DNA from: Eledone cirrhosa
Taxonomy: Eukaryota
Length of the DNA stretch: 64,000 nt
Assembly (NCBI GenBank): GCA_964016885.1
Contig: OZ024742.1
Coordinates: forward strand, 308,884,001 to 308,948,000
Direction: 5' to 3'
Shown: one piece after another, positions 51,701 to 64,000 of the stretch
Layout of the letters: the number at the start of each line of letters is the position of its first letter
How positions within the stretch are numbered: position 1 is the stretch's first letter
Notes under the pieces: generated by a model
What the model saw: only the letters and a program-made list of their open reading frames with translations
The model's database searches: none
What the model was told of the DNA's origin: nothing
Made by a program: the position numbers and the translations under genes

Positions 51701-54700
51701 GACAGGCAGACAGAGAGAGACATAGATTGAGACAGAGACAGACAGAGACAGACAGAGACAGACAGAGACAGAGACAGGCAGAGACAGACAGAGACAGAGA
51801 CAGAGACAGACAGAGACAGACAGAGTCTGACAGAGACAGAGAGAGACAGTGACTGACAGAGACTGACAGTGACAGAGAGAGACAGACAGAGACAGACAGA
51901 GGCAGAGACAGGCAGAGACAGACAGAGACAGACAGAGACAGAGAGAGACAGAGACTGACAGAGACAGAGAGAGGCATACAGAGACAGACAGAGACAGAGA
52001 CAGACAGAGACAGGCAGAGACAGAGACAGACAGAGACAGACAGAGACAGAGACAGACAGAGACAGAGAGAGACAGACAGAGGCAGAGACAGACAGAGACA
52101 GACAGAGACTGACAGAGACAGAGACAGACAGAGACAGACAGAGACTGACAGAGACAGAGAAAGACAGAGACTGACAGAGACAGAGACAGACAGACAGAGA
52201 CAGACAAAGACTGACAGACACAGACAGAGACAGACAGAGACTGACAATGACAGAGATAGACAGAGACTAACAGAGACTGAGAGAGACATACAGAGACAGA
52301 GACAGAGACAGACCGAGACTGACAGAGACAGAGAGAGACAGAGACATACAGAGACAGACAGAGACAGACAGAGACAGAGACAGGCAGAGACAGACAGAGA
52401 CAGACAGAGACAGAGACAGGCAGAGACAGACAGAGACAGAGACAGAGACAGACAGAGACAGACAGAGACTGACAGAGACAGAGAGAGACAGAGACTGACA
52501 GAGACAGAGAGAGACAGGCAGAGACAGACAGAGACTGACAGAGACAGAGAGAGACAGAGACAGACAGAGACAGACAGAGACAGACAGAGACGGACAGAGA
52601 CAGACAAAGGCATAGACAGACAGAGACAGACAGAGACAGACAGAGACTGACAGAGACAGAGACAGACAGACAGAGACAGACAGAGACTAACAGAGACAGA
52701 CAGAGACAGACAGAGACAGAAAGAGACTGACAGAGACAGCGAGAGACAGACAGAGACAGAGACAGAGACAGAGACAGACAGAGACAGACAGAGACAGACA
52801 GAGACAGACAGAGACAGACAGAGACAGACAGAGACTGACAGAGACAGAGAGAGACAGAGACTGACAGAGACAGAGAGAGACAGACAGAGACAGAGATAGA
52901 GACAGACCGAGACTGACAGAGACAGAGAGACAGAGACATACAGCGACAGACAGAGACAGACAGAGACAGAGACAGGCAGAGACAGACAGAGACAGACAGA
53001 GACAGACAGAGACAGACAGAGACAGAGAACGAGACTGACAGAGACAGACAGAGGCAGAGACAGACAGAGACAGACAGAGAGAGACTGACAGAGACAGAGA
53101 CAGACAGACAGAGACAGAGACAGAGACAGACAGAGACTGACAGAGACAGACAGAGACAGACAGAGACAGCGAGAGACAGACAGAGACAGAGACAGAAACA
53201 GACAGAGACAGACAGAGACAGACAGAGACTGACAATGACAGAGATAGACAGAGACTGACAGAGATTGCGACAGACAGACAGAGACAGAAACAGAGACAGA
53301 CCGAGACTGACAGAGACAGAGTGAGACAGAGACATACAGAGACAGACAGAGACAGACAGAGACAGAGACAGGCAGAGACAGACAGAGACAGACAGAGACA
53401 GACAGAGACAGACAGAGACAGAGACAGGCAGAGACAGACAGAGACAGACAGAGACAGACAGAGACAAGCAGAGACAGACAGAGACTCACAGAGACAGACA
53501 GAGACACACAGAGACAGAGACAGTCAGAGACAGACAGAGATTGAGACAGAAACAGACAGAGACAGACAGAGACAGACAGAGACAGACAGAGACTGACAGA
53601 GACAGACAGAGATTGAGACAGAGACAGACAGAGACAGACACAGAGACAGACAGAGACAGACAGAGACTGACAGAGACAGAGAGAGACAGACAGAGACAGA
53701 CAGAGACTGACAGAGACAGAGAGAGACAGAGACTGACAGAGACAGAGAGAGACATACAGAGACAGACAGAGACAGAGACAGACAGAGACGAGCAGAGACA
53801 GAGACAGACAGAGACAGACAGAGACAGAGACAGACAGAGACAGACAGAGACAGACAGAGACAGACAGAGACAGACAGAGACAAGCAGAGACAGAGACAGA
53901 CAGAGACAGACAGAGACAGACAGAGACAGACAGAGACAGACAGAGACAGACAGGGATATACAGAGACAGACAGAGACAGGCAGAGACAGAGAGAGACAGA
54001 GAGAGACAGACAGGTGACAGAGACAGAGACAGACAGAGACAGACAGAGACTCACAGAGACAGACAGAGACTCACAGAGACAGAGACAGGCAGAGACAGAC
54101 AGAGATTGAGACAGAGACAGACAGAGACAGACAGAGACAGACAGAGACAGACAGAGACAGACAGAGACAGACAGAGACTGACAGAGACAGAGACAGGCAG
54201 ACAGAGAGAGACAGAGATTGAGACAGAGACAGACAGAGACAGACAGAGACAGACAGAGACAGAGACAGGCAGAGACAGACAGAGACAGAGACAGAGACAG
54301 ACAGAGACAGACAGAGTCTGACAGAGACAGAGAGAGACAGTGACTGACAGAGACTGACAGTGACAGAGAGAGACAGACAGAGACAGACAGAGGCAGAGAC
54401 AGGCAGAGACAGACAGAGACAGACAGAGACAGAGAGAGACAGAGACTGACAGAGACAGAGAGAGGCATACAGAGACAGACAGAGACAGAGACAGACAGAG
54501 ACAGGCAGAGACAGAGACAGACAGAGACAGACAGAGACAGAGACAGACAGAGACAGACAGAGACAGACAGAGGCAGAGACAGACAGAGACAGACAGAGAC
54601 TGACAGAGACAGAGACAGACAGAGACAGACAGAGACTGACAGAGACAGAGAAAGACAGAGACTGACAGAGACAGAGACAGACAGACAGAGACAGACAAAG

Positions 54701-57700
54701 ACTGACAGACACAGACAGAGACAGACAGAGACTGACAATGACAGAGATAGACAGAGACTAACAGAGACTGAGAGAGACATACAGAGACAGAGACAGAGAC
54801 AGACCGAGACTGACAGAGACAGAGAGAGACAGAGACATACAGAGACAGACAGAGACAGACAGAGACAGAGACAGGCAGAGACAGACAGAGACAGACAGAG
54901 ACAGAGACAGGCTGAGATAGACAGAGACAGAGAGAGACAGACAGGTGACAGAGACAGAGACTGACAGAGACAGACAGAGACTGACAAAGACAGAGAGAGA
55001 CAGACAGAGACAGACAGAGACAGATACAGGCAGAGACAGACAGAGACAGAGACAGAGAGAGACAGACAGAGACAGAGAGAGACAGACAGGTGACAGAGAC
55101 AGAGACTGACAGAGACAGAGAGAGACAGAGACTGATAGAGACAGAGAGAGACAGAGGCAGAGACAGGCAGAGACAGACAGAGACAGACAGAGACTCACAG
55201 AGACAGACAGAGACACACAGAGACAGAGACAGGCAGAGACAGACAGAGATTGAGACAGAGACAGACAGAGACAGACAGAGACAGACAGAGATAGACAGAG
55301 GCAGAGACAGACAGAGACAGACAGAGACAGACAGAGACTGACAGAGACAGAGACAGTCAGACAGAGACAGACAGAGATTGAGACAGAGACAGACAGAGAC
55401 AGACAGAGACAGACAGAGACAGAGACAGGCAGAGACAGACAGAGACAGAGACAGAGACAGACAGAGACAGACAGAGTCTGACAGAGACAGAGAGAGACAG
55501 TGACTGACAGAGACTAACAGTGACAGAGAGAGACAGACAGAGACAGACAGAGGCAGAGACAGGCAGAGACAGACAGAGACAGACAGAGACAGACAGAGAC
55601 AGAGACAGACAGAGACAGAGAGAGACAGAGACTGACAGAGACAGAGAGAGGCATACAGAGACAGACAGAGACAGAGACAGACAGAGACAGGCAGAGACAG
55701 AGACAGACAGAGACAGACAGAGACAGAGACAGACAGAGACAGACAGAGACAGACAGAGGCAGAGACAGACAGAGACAGACAGAGACTGACAGAGACAGAG
55801 ACAGACAGAGACAGACAGAGACAGAGACAGAGACAGACAGAGACAGACAGAGACTGACAGAGACAGAGAGAGACAGAGACTGACAGAGACAGAGAGAGAC
55901 AGGCAGAGACAGACAGAGACAGACAGAGACAGACAGAGGCATAGACAGACAGAGACAGACAGAGACAGACAGAGACTGACAGAGACAGAGACAGACAGAC
56001 AGAGACAGACAGAGACTAACAGAGACAGACAGAGACAGACAGAGACAGAAAGAGACTGACAGAGACAGCGAGAGACAGACAGAGACAGAGACAGAGACAG
56101 ACAGAGACAGACAGAGACAGACAGAGACAGACAGAGACAGACAGAGACAGACAGAGACTGTCAGAGACAGAGAGAGACAGAGACTGACAGAGACAGAGAG
56201 AGACAGACAGAGACAGAGATAGAGACAGACCGAGACTGACAGAGACAGAGAGACAGAGACATACAGCGACAGACAGAGACAGACAGAGACAGAGACAGGC
56301 AGGGACAGACAGAGACAGACAGAGACAGACAGAGACAGACAGAGACAGAGAACGAGACAGACAGAGACAGACAGAGGCAGAGACAGACAGAGACAGACAG
56401 AGAGAGACTGACAGAGACAGAGACAGACAGACAGAGACAGAGACAGAGACAGACAGAGACTGACAGAGACAGACAGAGACAGACAGCGACAGCGAGAGAC
56501 AGACAGAGACAGAGACAGAAACAGACAGAGACAGACAGAGACAGACAGAGACTGACAATGACAGAGATAGACAGAGACTGACAGAGACTGCGACAGACAG
56601 ACAGAGACAGAGACAGAGACAGACCGAGACTGACAGAGACAGAGAGAGACAGAGACAGACAGAGACAGACAGAGACAGAGACAGGCAGAGACAGACAGAG
56701 ACAGACAGAGACAGACAGAGACAGACAGAGACAGACAGAGACAGAGACAGGCAGAGACAGAGAGAGACAGACAGAGACTGACAGAGACAGACAGAGACAG
56801 AGACAGAGACAGAGACAGAGACAGAGACAGAGACAGACAGAGACAGACAGAGACAGATAGAGACAGACAGAGTCAGATACAGGCAGAGACAGACAGAGAG
56901 AAAGAGACAGACAGAGACAGACAGAGACAGAGACAGGCAGAGAGAGACAGAGTCAGACAGTGCCAGAGACAGGCAGAGACAGACAGAGACATACAGAGAC
57001 ATACAGAGACAGACAGAGACAGACAGAGACAGACACAGGCAGAGACAGAGAGAGACAGAGAGAGACAGACAGAGACAGAGACAGAGACAGAGACTGACAG
57101 AGACAGACAGAGACAGGCAGAGACAGACAGAGACAGAGACAGAGACAGACAGAGACAGACAGAGACTGACAGAGACAGAGAGAGACAGAGACTGACAGAG
57201 ACTGACAGTGACAGACAGAGACAGACAGAGACAGAGACAGGCAGAGACAGACAGAGACAGACAGAGACAGGCAGAGACAGACAGAGACAGAGACAGAGAC
57301 AGACAGAGACAGACAGAGACTGACAGAGACAGAGAGAGACAGAGACTGACAGAGACTGACAGTGACAGAGAGAGATAGACAGAGACAGACAGAGACTGAC
57401 AGAGACAGAGAGAGACAGAGACTGACAGAGACAGAGAGAGACAGAGGCAGAGACAGGCAGAGACAGACAGAGACAGACAGAGACTCACAGAGACAGACAG
57501 AGACTCACAGAGACAGAGACAGGCAGAGACAGACAGAGATTGAGACAGAGACAGACAGAGACAGACAGAGACAGACAGAGACAGACAGAGACAGACAGAG
57601 ACAGACAGAGACTGACAGAGACAGAGACAGGCAGACAGAGAGAGACAGAGATTGAGACAGAGACAGACAGAGACAGACAGAGACAGACAGAGACAGAGAC

Positions 57701-60700
57701 AGGCAGAGACAGACAGAGACAGAGACAGAGACAGACAGAGACAGACAGAGTCTGACAGAGACAGAGAGAGACAGTGACTGACAGAGACTGACAGTGACAG
57801 AGAGAGACAGACAGAGACAGACAGAGGCAGAGACAGGCAGAGACAGACAGAGACAGACAGAGACAGAGAGAGACAGAGACTGACAGAGACAGAGAGAGGC
57901 ATACAGAGACAGACAGAGACAGAGACAGACAGAGACAGGCAGAGACAGAGACAGACAGAGACAGACAGAGACAGAGACAGACAGAGACAGACAGAGACAG
58001 ACAGAGGCAGAGACAGACAGAGACAGACAGAGACTGACAGAGACAGAGACAGACAGAGACAGACAGAGACTGACAGAGACAGAGAAAGACAGAGACTGAC
58101 AGAGACAGAGACAGACAGACAGAGACAGACAAAGACTGACAGACACAGACAGAGACAGACAGAGACTGACAATGACAGAGATAGACAGAGACTAACAGAG
58201 ACTGAGAGAGACATACAGAGACAGAGACAGAGACAGACCGAGACTGACAGAGACAGAGAGAGACAGAGACATACAGAGACAGACAGAGACAGACAGAGAC
58301 AGAGACAGGCAGAGACAGACAGAGACAGACAGAGACAGAGACAGGCAGAGACAGACAGAGACAGAGACAGAGACAGACAGAGACAGACAGAGACTGACAG
58401 AGACAGAGAGAGACAGAGACTGACAGAGACAGAGAGAGACAGGCAGAGACAGACAGAGACTGACAGAGACAGAGAGAGACAGAGACAGACAGAGACAGAC
58501 AGAGACAGACAGAGACAGACAGAGACGGACAGAGACAGACAAAGGCATAGACAGACAGAGACAGACAGAGACAGACAGAGACTGACAGAGACAGAGACAG
58601 ACAGACAGAGACAGACAGAGACTAACAGAGACAGACAGAGACAGACAGAGACAGAAAGAGACTGACAGAGACAGCGAGAGACAGACAGAGACAGAGACAG
58701 AGACAGAGACAGACAGAGACAGACAGAGACAGACAGAGACAGACAGAGACAGACAGAGACTGACAGAGACAGAGAGAGACAGAGACTGACAGAGACAGAG
58801 AGAGACAGACAGAGACAGAGATAGAGACAGACCGAGACTGACAGAGACAGAGAGACAGAGACATACAGCGACAGACAGAGACAGACAGAGACAGAGACAG
58901 GCAGAGACAGACAGAGACAGACAGAGACAGACAGAGACAGACAGAGACAGAGAACGAGACTGACAGAGACAGACAGAGGCAGAGACAGACAGAGACAGAC
59001 AGAGAGAGACTGACAGAGACAGAGACAGACAGACAGAGACAGAGACAGAGACAGACAGAGACTGACAGAGACAGACAGAGACAGACAGAGACAGCGAGAG
59101 ACAGACAGAGACAGAGACAGAAACAGACAGAGACAGACAGAGACAGACAGAGACTGACAATGACAGAGATAGACAGAGACTGACAGAGATTGCGACAGAC
59201 AGACAGAGACAGAAACAGAGACAGACCGAGACTGACAGAGACAGAGTGAGACAGAGACATACAGAGACAGACAGAGACAGACAGAGACAGAGACAGGCAG
59301 AGACAGACAGAGACAGACAGAGACAGACAGAGACAGACAGAGACAGAGACAGGCAGAGACAGACAGAGACAGACAGAGACAGACAGAGACAAGCAGAGAC
59401 AGACAGAGACTCACAGAGACAGACAGAGACACACAGAGACAGAGACAGTCAGAGACAGACAGAGATTGAGACAGAAACAGACAGAGACAGACAGAGACAG
59501 ACAGAGACAGACAGAGACTGACAGAGACAGACAGAGATTGAGACAGAGACAGACAGAGACAGACACAGAGACAGACAGAGACAGACAGAGACTGACAGAG
59601 ACAGAGAGAGACAGACAGAGACAGACAGAGACTGACAGAGACAGAGAGAGACAGAGACTGACAGAGACAGAGAGAGACATACAGAGACAGACAGAGACAG
59701 AGACAGACAGAGACGAGCAGAGACAGAGACAGACAGAGACAGACAGAGACAGAGACAGACAGAGACAGACAGAGACAGACAGAGACAGACAGAGACAGAC
59801 AGAGACAAGCAGAGACAGAGACAGACAGAGACAGACAGAGACAGACAGAGACAGACAGAGACAGACAGAGACAGACAGGGATATACAGAGACAGACAGAG
59901 ACAGACAGAGACTGACAGAGACAGAGACAGGCAGAGACAGAGAGAGACAGAGAGAGACAGACAGGTGACAGAGACAGAGACTGACAGAGACAGAGAGAGA
60001 CAGAGACTGACAGAGACAGAGAGAGACAGACAGAGACAGAGACAGACAGAGACTGACAGAGACAGACAGAGACAGCTAGAGACTGACAAAACAGAGAGAG
60101 ACAGACAGAGACAGACAGAGACAGATACAGGCAGAGACAGACAGAGACAGAGACAGACAGAGACAGACAGAGACAGATACAGGCAGAGACAGACAGAGAC
60201 AGACAGAGACAGAGACAGGCAGAGACAGACAGAGACAGAGAGAGACAGACAGAGACAGAGACAGAGACTGACAGAGCCAGAGACAGACAGAGACAGGCAG
60301 GGACAGACAGAGACTGACAGAGACAGAAACAGGCAGAGATAGACAGAGACAGACAGAGACAGAGACAAAGACTGAGAGAGACAGAGACAGACAGAGACTG
60401 ACAGAGACAAAGACAGACAGACAGAGACAGAGACAAAGACTGACAGAGACAGAGACAGACAGAGACTGACAGAGACAGAGAGAGACAGACAGAGACAGAG
60501 ACAGACAGAGACTGACAGAGACAGACAGAGACAGACAGAGACAGCGAGAGACAGACAGAGACAGAGACAGAGACAGACAGAGACAGACAGAGACAGACAG
60601 AGACAGAAAAAGACAGAGAGAGACAGAGACTGACATAGACTGAGAGAGACAGACAGAGACAGAGACAGAGACAGACCGAGACTGACAGAGACAGAGAGAG

Positions 60701-63700
60701 ACAGAGACATACAGAGACAGACAGAGGCCCAGACAGACAGAGACAGACAGAGACCGACAGAGACAGACAGAGACAGACAGAGACTGACAGAGACAGAGAG
60801 AGACAGACAGCGACAGAGACAGAGACAGAGACAGACAGAGAGAAAGAGACAGACAGAGACAGACAGAGACAGAGACAGGCAGAGAGAGACAGAGACAGAC
60901 AGTGACAGAGACAGGCAGAGACAGACAGAGACATACAGAGACATACAGAGACAGACAGAGACAGACAGAGACAGACACAGGCAGAGACAGAGAGAGACAG
61001 AGAGAGACAGACAGAGACAGAGACAGAGACTGACAGAGACAGACAGAGACAGGCAGAGACAGACAGAGACAGAGACAGAGACAGACAGAGACAGACAGAG
61101 ACTGACAGAGACAGAGAGAGACAGAGACTGACAGAGACTGACAGTGACAGACAGACACAGACAGAGACAGAGACAGGCAGAGACAGACAGAGACAGACAG
61201 AGACAGGCAGAGACAGACAGAGACAGAGACAGAGACAGACAGAGACAGACAGAGACTGACAGAGACAGAGAGAGACAGAGACTGACAGAGACTGACAGTG
61301 ACAGAGAGAGACAGACAGAGACAGACAGAGACTGACAGGGACAGAGAGAGTCAGAGACTGACAGAGACAGAGAGAGACAGAGGCAGAGACAGGCAGAGAC
61401 AGACAGAGACAGACAGAGACTCACAGAGACAGACAGAGACTCACAGAGACAGAGACAGGCAGAGACAGACAGAGATTGAGACAGAGACAGACAGAGACAG
61501 ACAGAGACAGACAGAGACAGACAGAGGCAGAGACAGACAGAGACAGAGACAGAGACAGACAGAGACAGACAGAGTCTGACAGAGACAGAGAGAGACATAG
61601 ACTGACAGAGACTGACAGTGACAGAGAGAGACAGACAGAGACAGACAGAGGCAGAGACAGGCAGAGACAGACAGAGACAGACAGAGACTGACAGAGGCAG
61701 AGAGAGACAGAGACTGACAGAGACAGAGAGAGACATACAGAGACAGACAGAGACAGAGACAGACAGAGACAGACAGAGACAGAGACAGACAGAGACAGAC
61801 AGACACAGACAGAGGCAGAGACAGACAGAGACAGACAGAGACTGACAGAGACAGAGACAGACAGAGACAGACAGAGACTGACAGAGACAGAGACAGACAG
61901 AGACTGACAGAGACAGAGACAGACAGACAGAGACAGACAGAGACTGACAGAGACAGAGAGAGACAGAGACTGACAGAGACAGAGAGAGACATACAGAGAC
62001 AGACAGAGACAGACAGAGACAAGCAGAGACAGAGACAGACAGAGACAGAGACAGACAAAGACAGACAGAGACAGAGACAGACAGAGTCAAGCAGAGACAG
62101 AGACAGACAGAGACAGACAGAGGCAGAGACAGACAGAGACAGACAGAGACAGACAGAGACATACAGAGACAGACAGAGACAGACAGAGACAACAGAGACT
62201 AACAGAGACAGAGACAGGCAGAGACAGACAGAGACAGAGAGAGACAGACAGAGACAGAGACAGAGACAGAGACTGACAGAGACAGGGAGAGACAGAGACT
62301 GACAGAGACAGAGAGAGACAGACAGAGACAGAGACAGACAGAGACTGACAGAGACAGACAGAGACAGACAGAGACTGACAAAGACAGAGAGAGACAGACA
62401 GAGACAGACAGAGACAGATACAGGCAGACACAGACAGAGACAGAGACAGACAGAGACAGACAGAGACAGATACAGGCAGAGACAGACAGAGACAGACAGA
62501 GACAGTGAAAGGGAGAGAGAGACAGAGACAGACAGAGACAGAGACAGGCAGAGACAGACAGAGACAGAGAGAGACAGACAGAGACAGGGACAGAGACTGA
62601 CAGAGCCAGAGACAGACAGAGACAGGCAGAGACAGACAGAGACAGACAGAGACAGACAGAGACAGACAGAGACAGACAGAGACAGACAGAGACAGAGACA
62701 GAGACAGACAGAGACAGACAGAGACAGAGACAGACAGAGACAGACACAGACAGACAGAGACAGACAGAGAAAGACAGAGACAGACAGAGACAGAGACAGA
62801 GACAGACAGAGACAGACAGAGACAGAGACAGAGACAGACAGAGACAGACAGTGACAGAGACAGACAGAGACAGACAGAGACAGACAGAGACAGAGACAGA
62901 GACAGACAGAGACAGAGAGAGACAGACAGAGACAGAGACAGACAGAGACTGACAGAGACAGACAGAGACAGCTAGAGACTGACAAAACAGAGAGAGACAG
63001 ACAGAGACAGACAGAGACAGATACAGGCAGAGACAGACAGAGACAGAGACAGACAGAGACAGACAGAGACAGATACAGGCAGAGACAGACAGAGACAGAC
63101 AGAGACAGAGACAGGCAGAGACAGACAGAGACAGAGAGAGACAGACAGAGACAGAGACAGAGACTGACAGAGCCAGAGACAGACAGAGACAGGCAGGGAC
63201 AGACAGAGACTGACAGAGACAGAAACAGGCAGAGATAGACAGAGACAGACAGAGACAGAGACAAAGACTGAGAGAGACAGAGACAGACAGAGACTGACAG
63301 AGACAAAGACAGACAGACAGAGACAGAGACAAAGACTGACAGAGACAGAGACAGACAGAGACTGACAGAGACAGAGAGAGACAGACAGAGACAGAGACAG
63401 ACAGAGACTGACAGAGACAGACAGAGACAGCGAGAGACAGACAGAGACAGAGACAGAGACAGACAGAGACAGACAGAGACAGACAGAGACAGAAAAAGAC
63501 AGAGAGAGACAGAGACTGACATAGACTGAGAGAGACAGACAGAGACAGAGACAGAGACAGACCGAGACTGACAGAGACAGAGAGAGACAGAGACATACAG
63601 AGACAGACAGAGGCCCAGACAGACAGAGACAGACAGAGACCGACAGAGACAGACAGAGACAGACAGAGACTGACAGAGACAGAGAGAGACAGACAGCGAC

Positions 63701-64000
63701 AGAGACAGAGACAGAGACAGACAGAGAGAAAGAGACAGACAGAGACAGACAGAGACAGAGACAGGCAGAGAGAGACAGAGACAGACAGTGACAGAGACAG
63801 GCAGAGACAGACAGAGACATACAGAGACATACAGAGACAGACAGAGACAGACAGAGACAGACACAGGCAGAGACAGAGAGAGACAGAGAGAGACAGACAG
63901 AGACAGAGACAGAGACTGACAGAGACAGACAGAGACAGGCAGAGACAGACAGAGACAGAGACAGAGACAGACAGAGACAGACAGAGACTGACAGAGACAG
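20705..64000. repeat. Complex GACA/GA satellite array with higher-order repeats (>43 kb, truncated by the window)
   Basis: Words GACAGACAGA, GACAGA, GACAGAGAGA, GACTGACAGA and GACAGGCAGA; the + strand is very T-poor; rare marker words recur at kb-scale periods. Confidence 0.97.

Noticed and set aside
33758-59970. CAG|GTGA words as splice donors
   Set aside because: Weak donor match, and the + strand lacks polypyrimidine acceptors; better explained as duplicated copies of one mutation.
20679-63864. Very long ORFs (up to 2058 aa; SLCLSVSV... and RDRQRQTET...)
   Set aside because: They are translations of the T-poor/A-poor satellite strands, where stops are rare. Several frames are open at once and there is no domain structure.

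Overview
Eukaryotic (animal) non-coding, repeat-derived DNA. The SINE family resembles the abundant tRNA-derived SINEs I recall from octopus/cephalopod genomes, so that taxon is an inference. I found no intact host gene, rRNA, tRNA gene or CRISPR. (1) About 1-19.1 kb is AT-rich and microsatellite-dense. It carries at least 10 tRNA-derived SINE copies (several with clear TSDs), a Helitron-like element, a ~900-bp foldback element, a 99-bp Tc1/mariner MITE and RTE-type LINE 3' remnants. It also holds a tight cluster of Penelope-like element (PLE) remnants from several families: two decayed GIY-YIG endonuclease ORFs and several hammerhead-ribozyme (HHR)-like motifs, including a fold-back hairpin built from an HHR-bearing terminus. 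(2) 19163-20632 is a 21-bp minisatellite of about 70 units. (3) About 20705-64000 is a strand-asymmetric GACA/GA satellite (>43 kb, running off the window). It is built from 6/10-nt words, with a 154-bp subunit, 2.2-3.1 kb and 5.9 kb higher-order duplications, and an almost unbroken dinucleotide phase. Nearly all long ORFs in the track are repeat artefacts.
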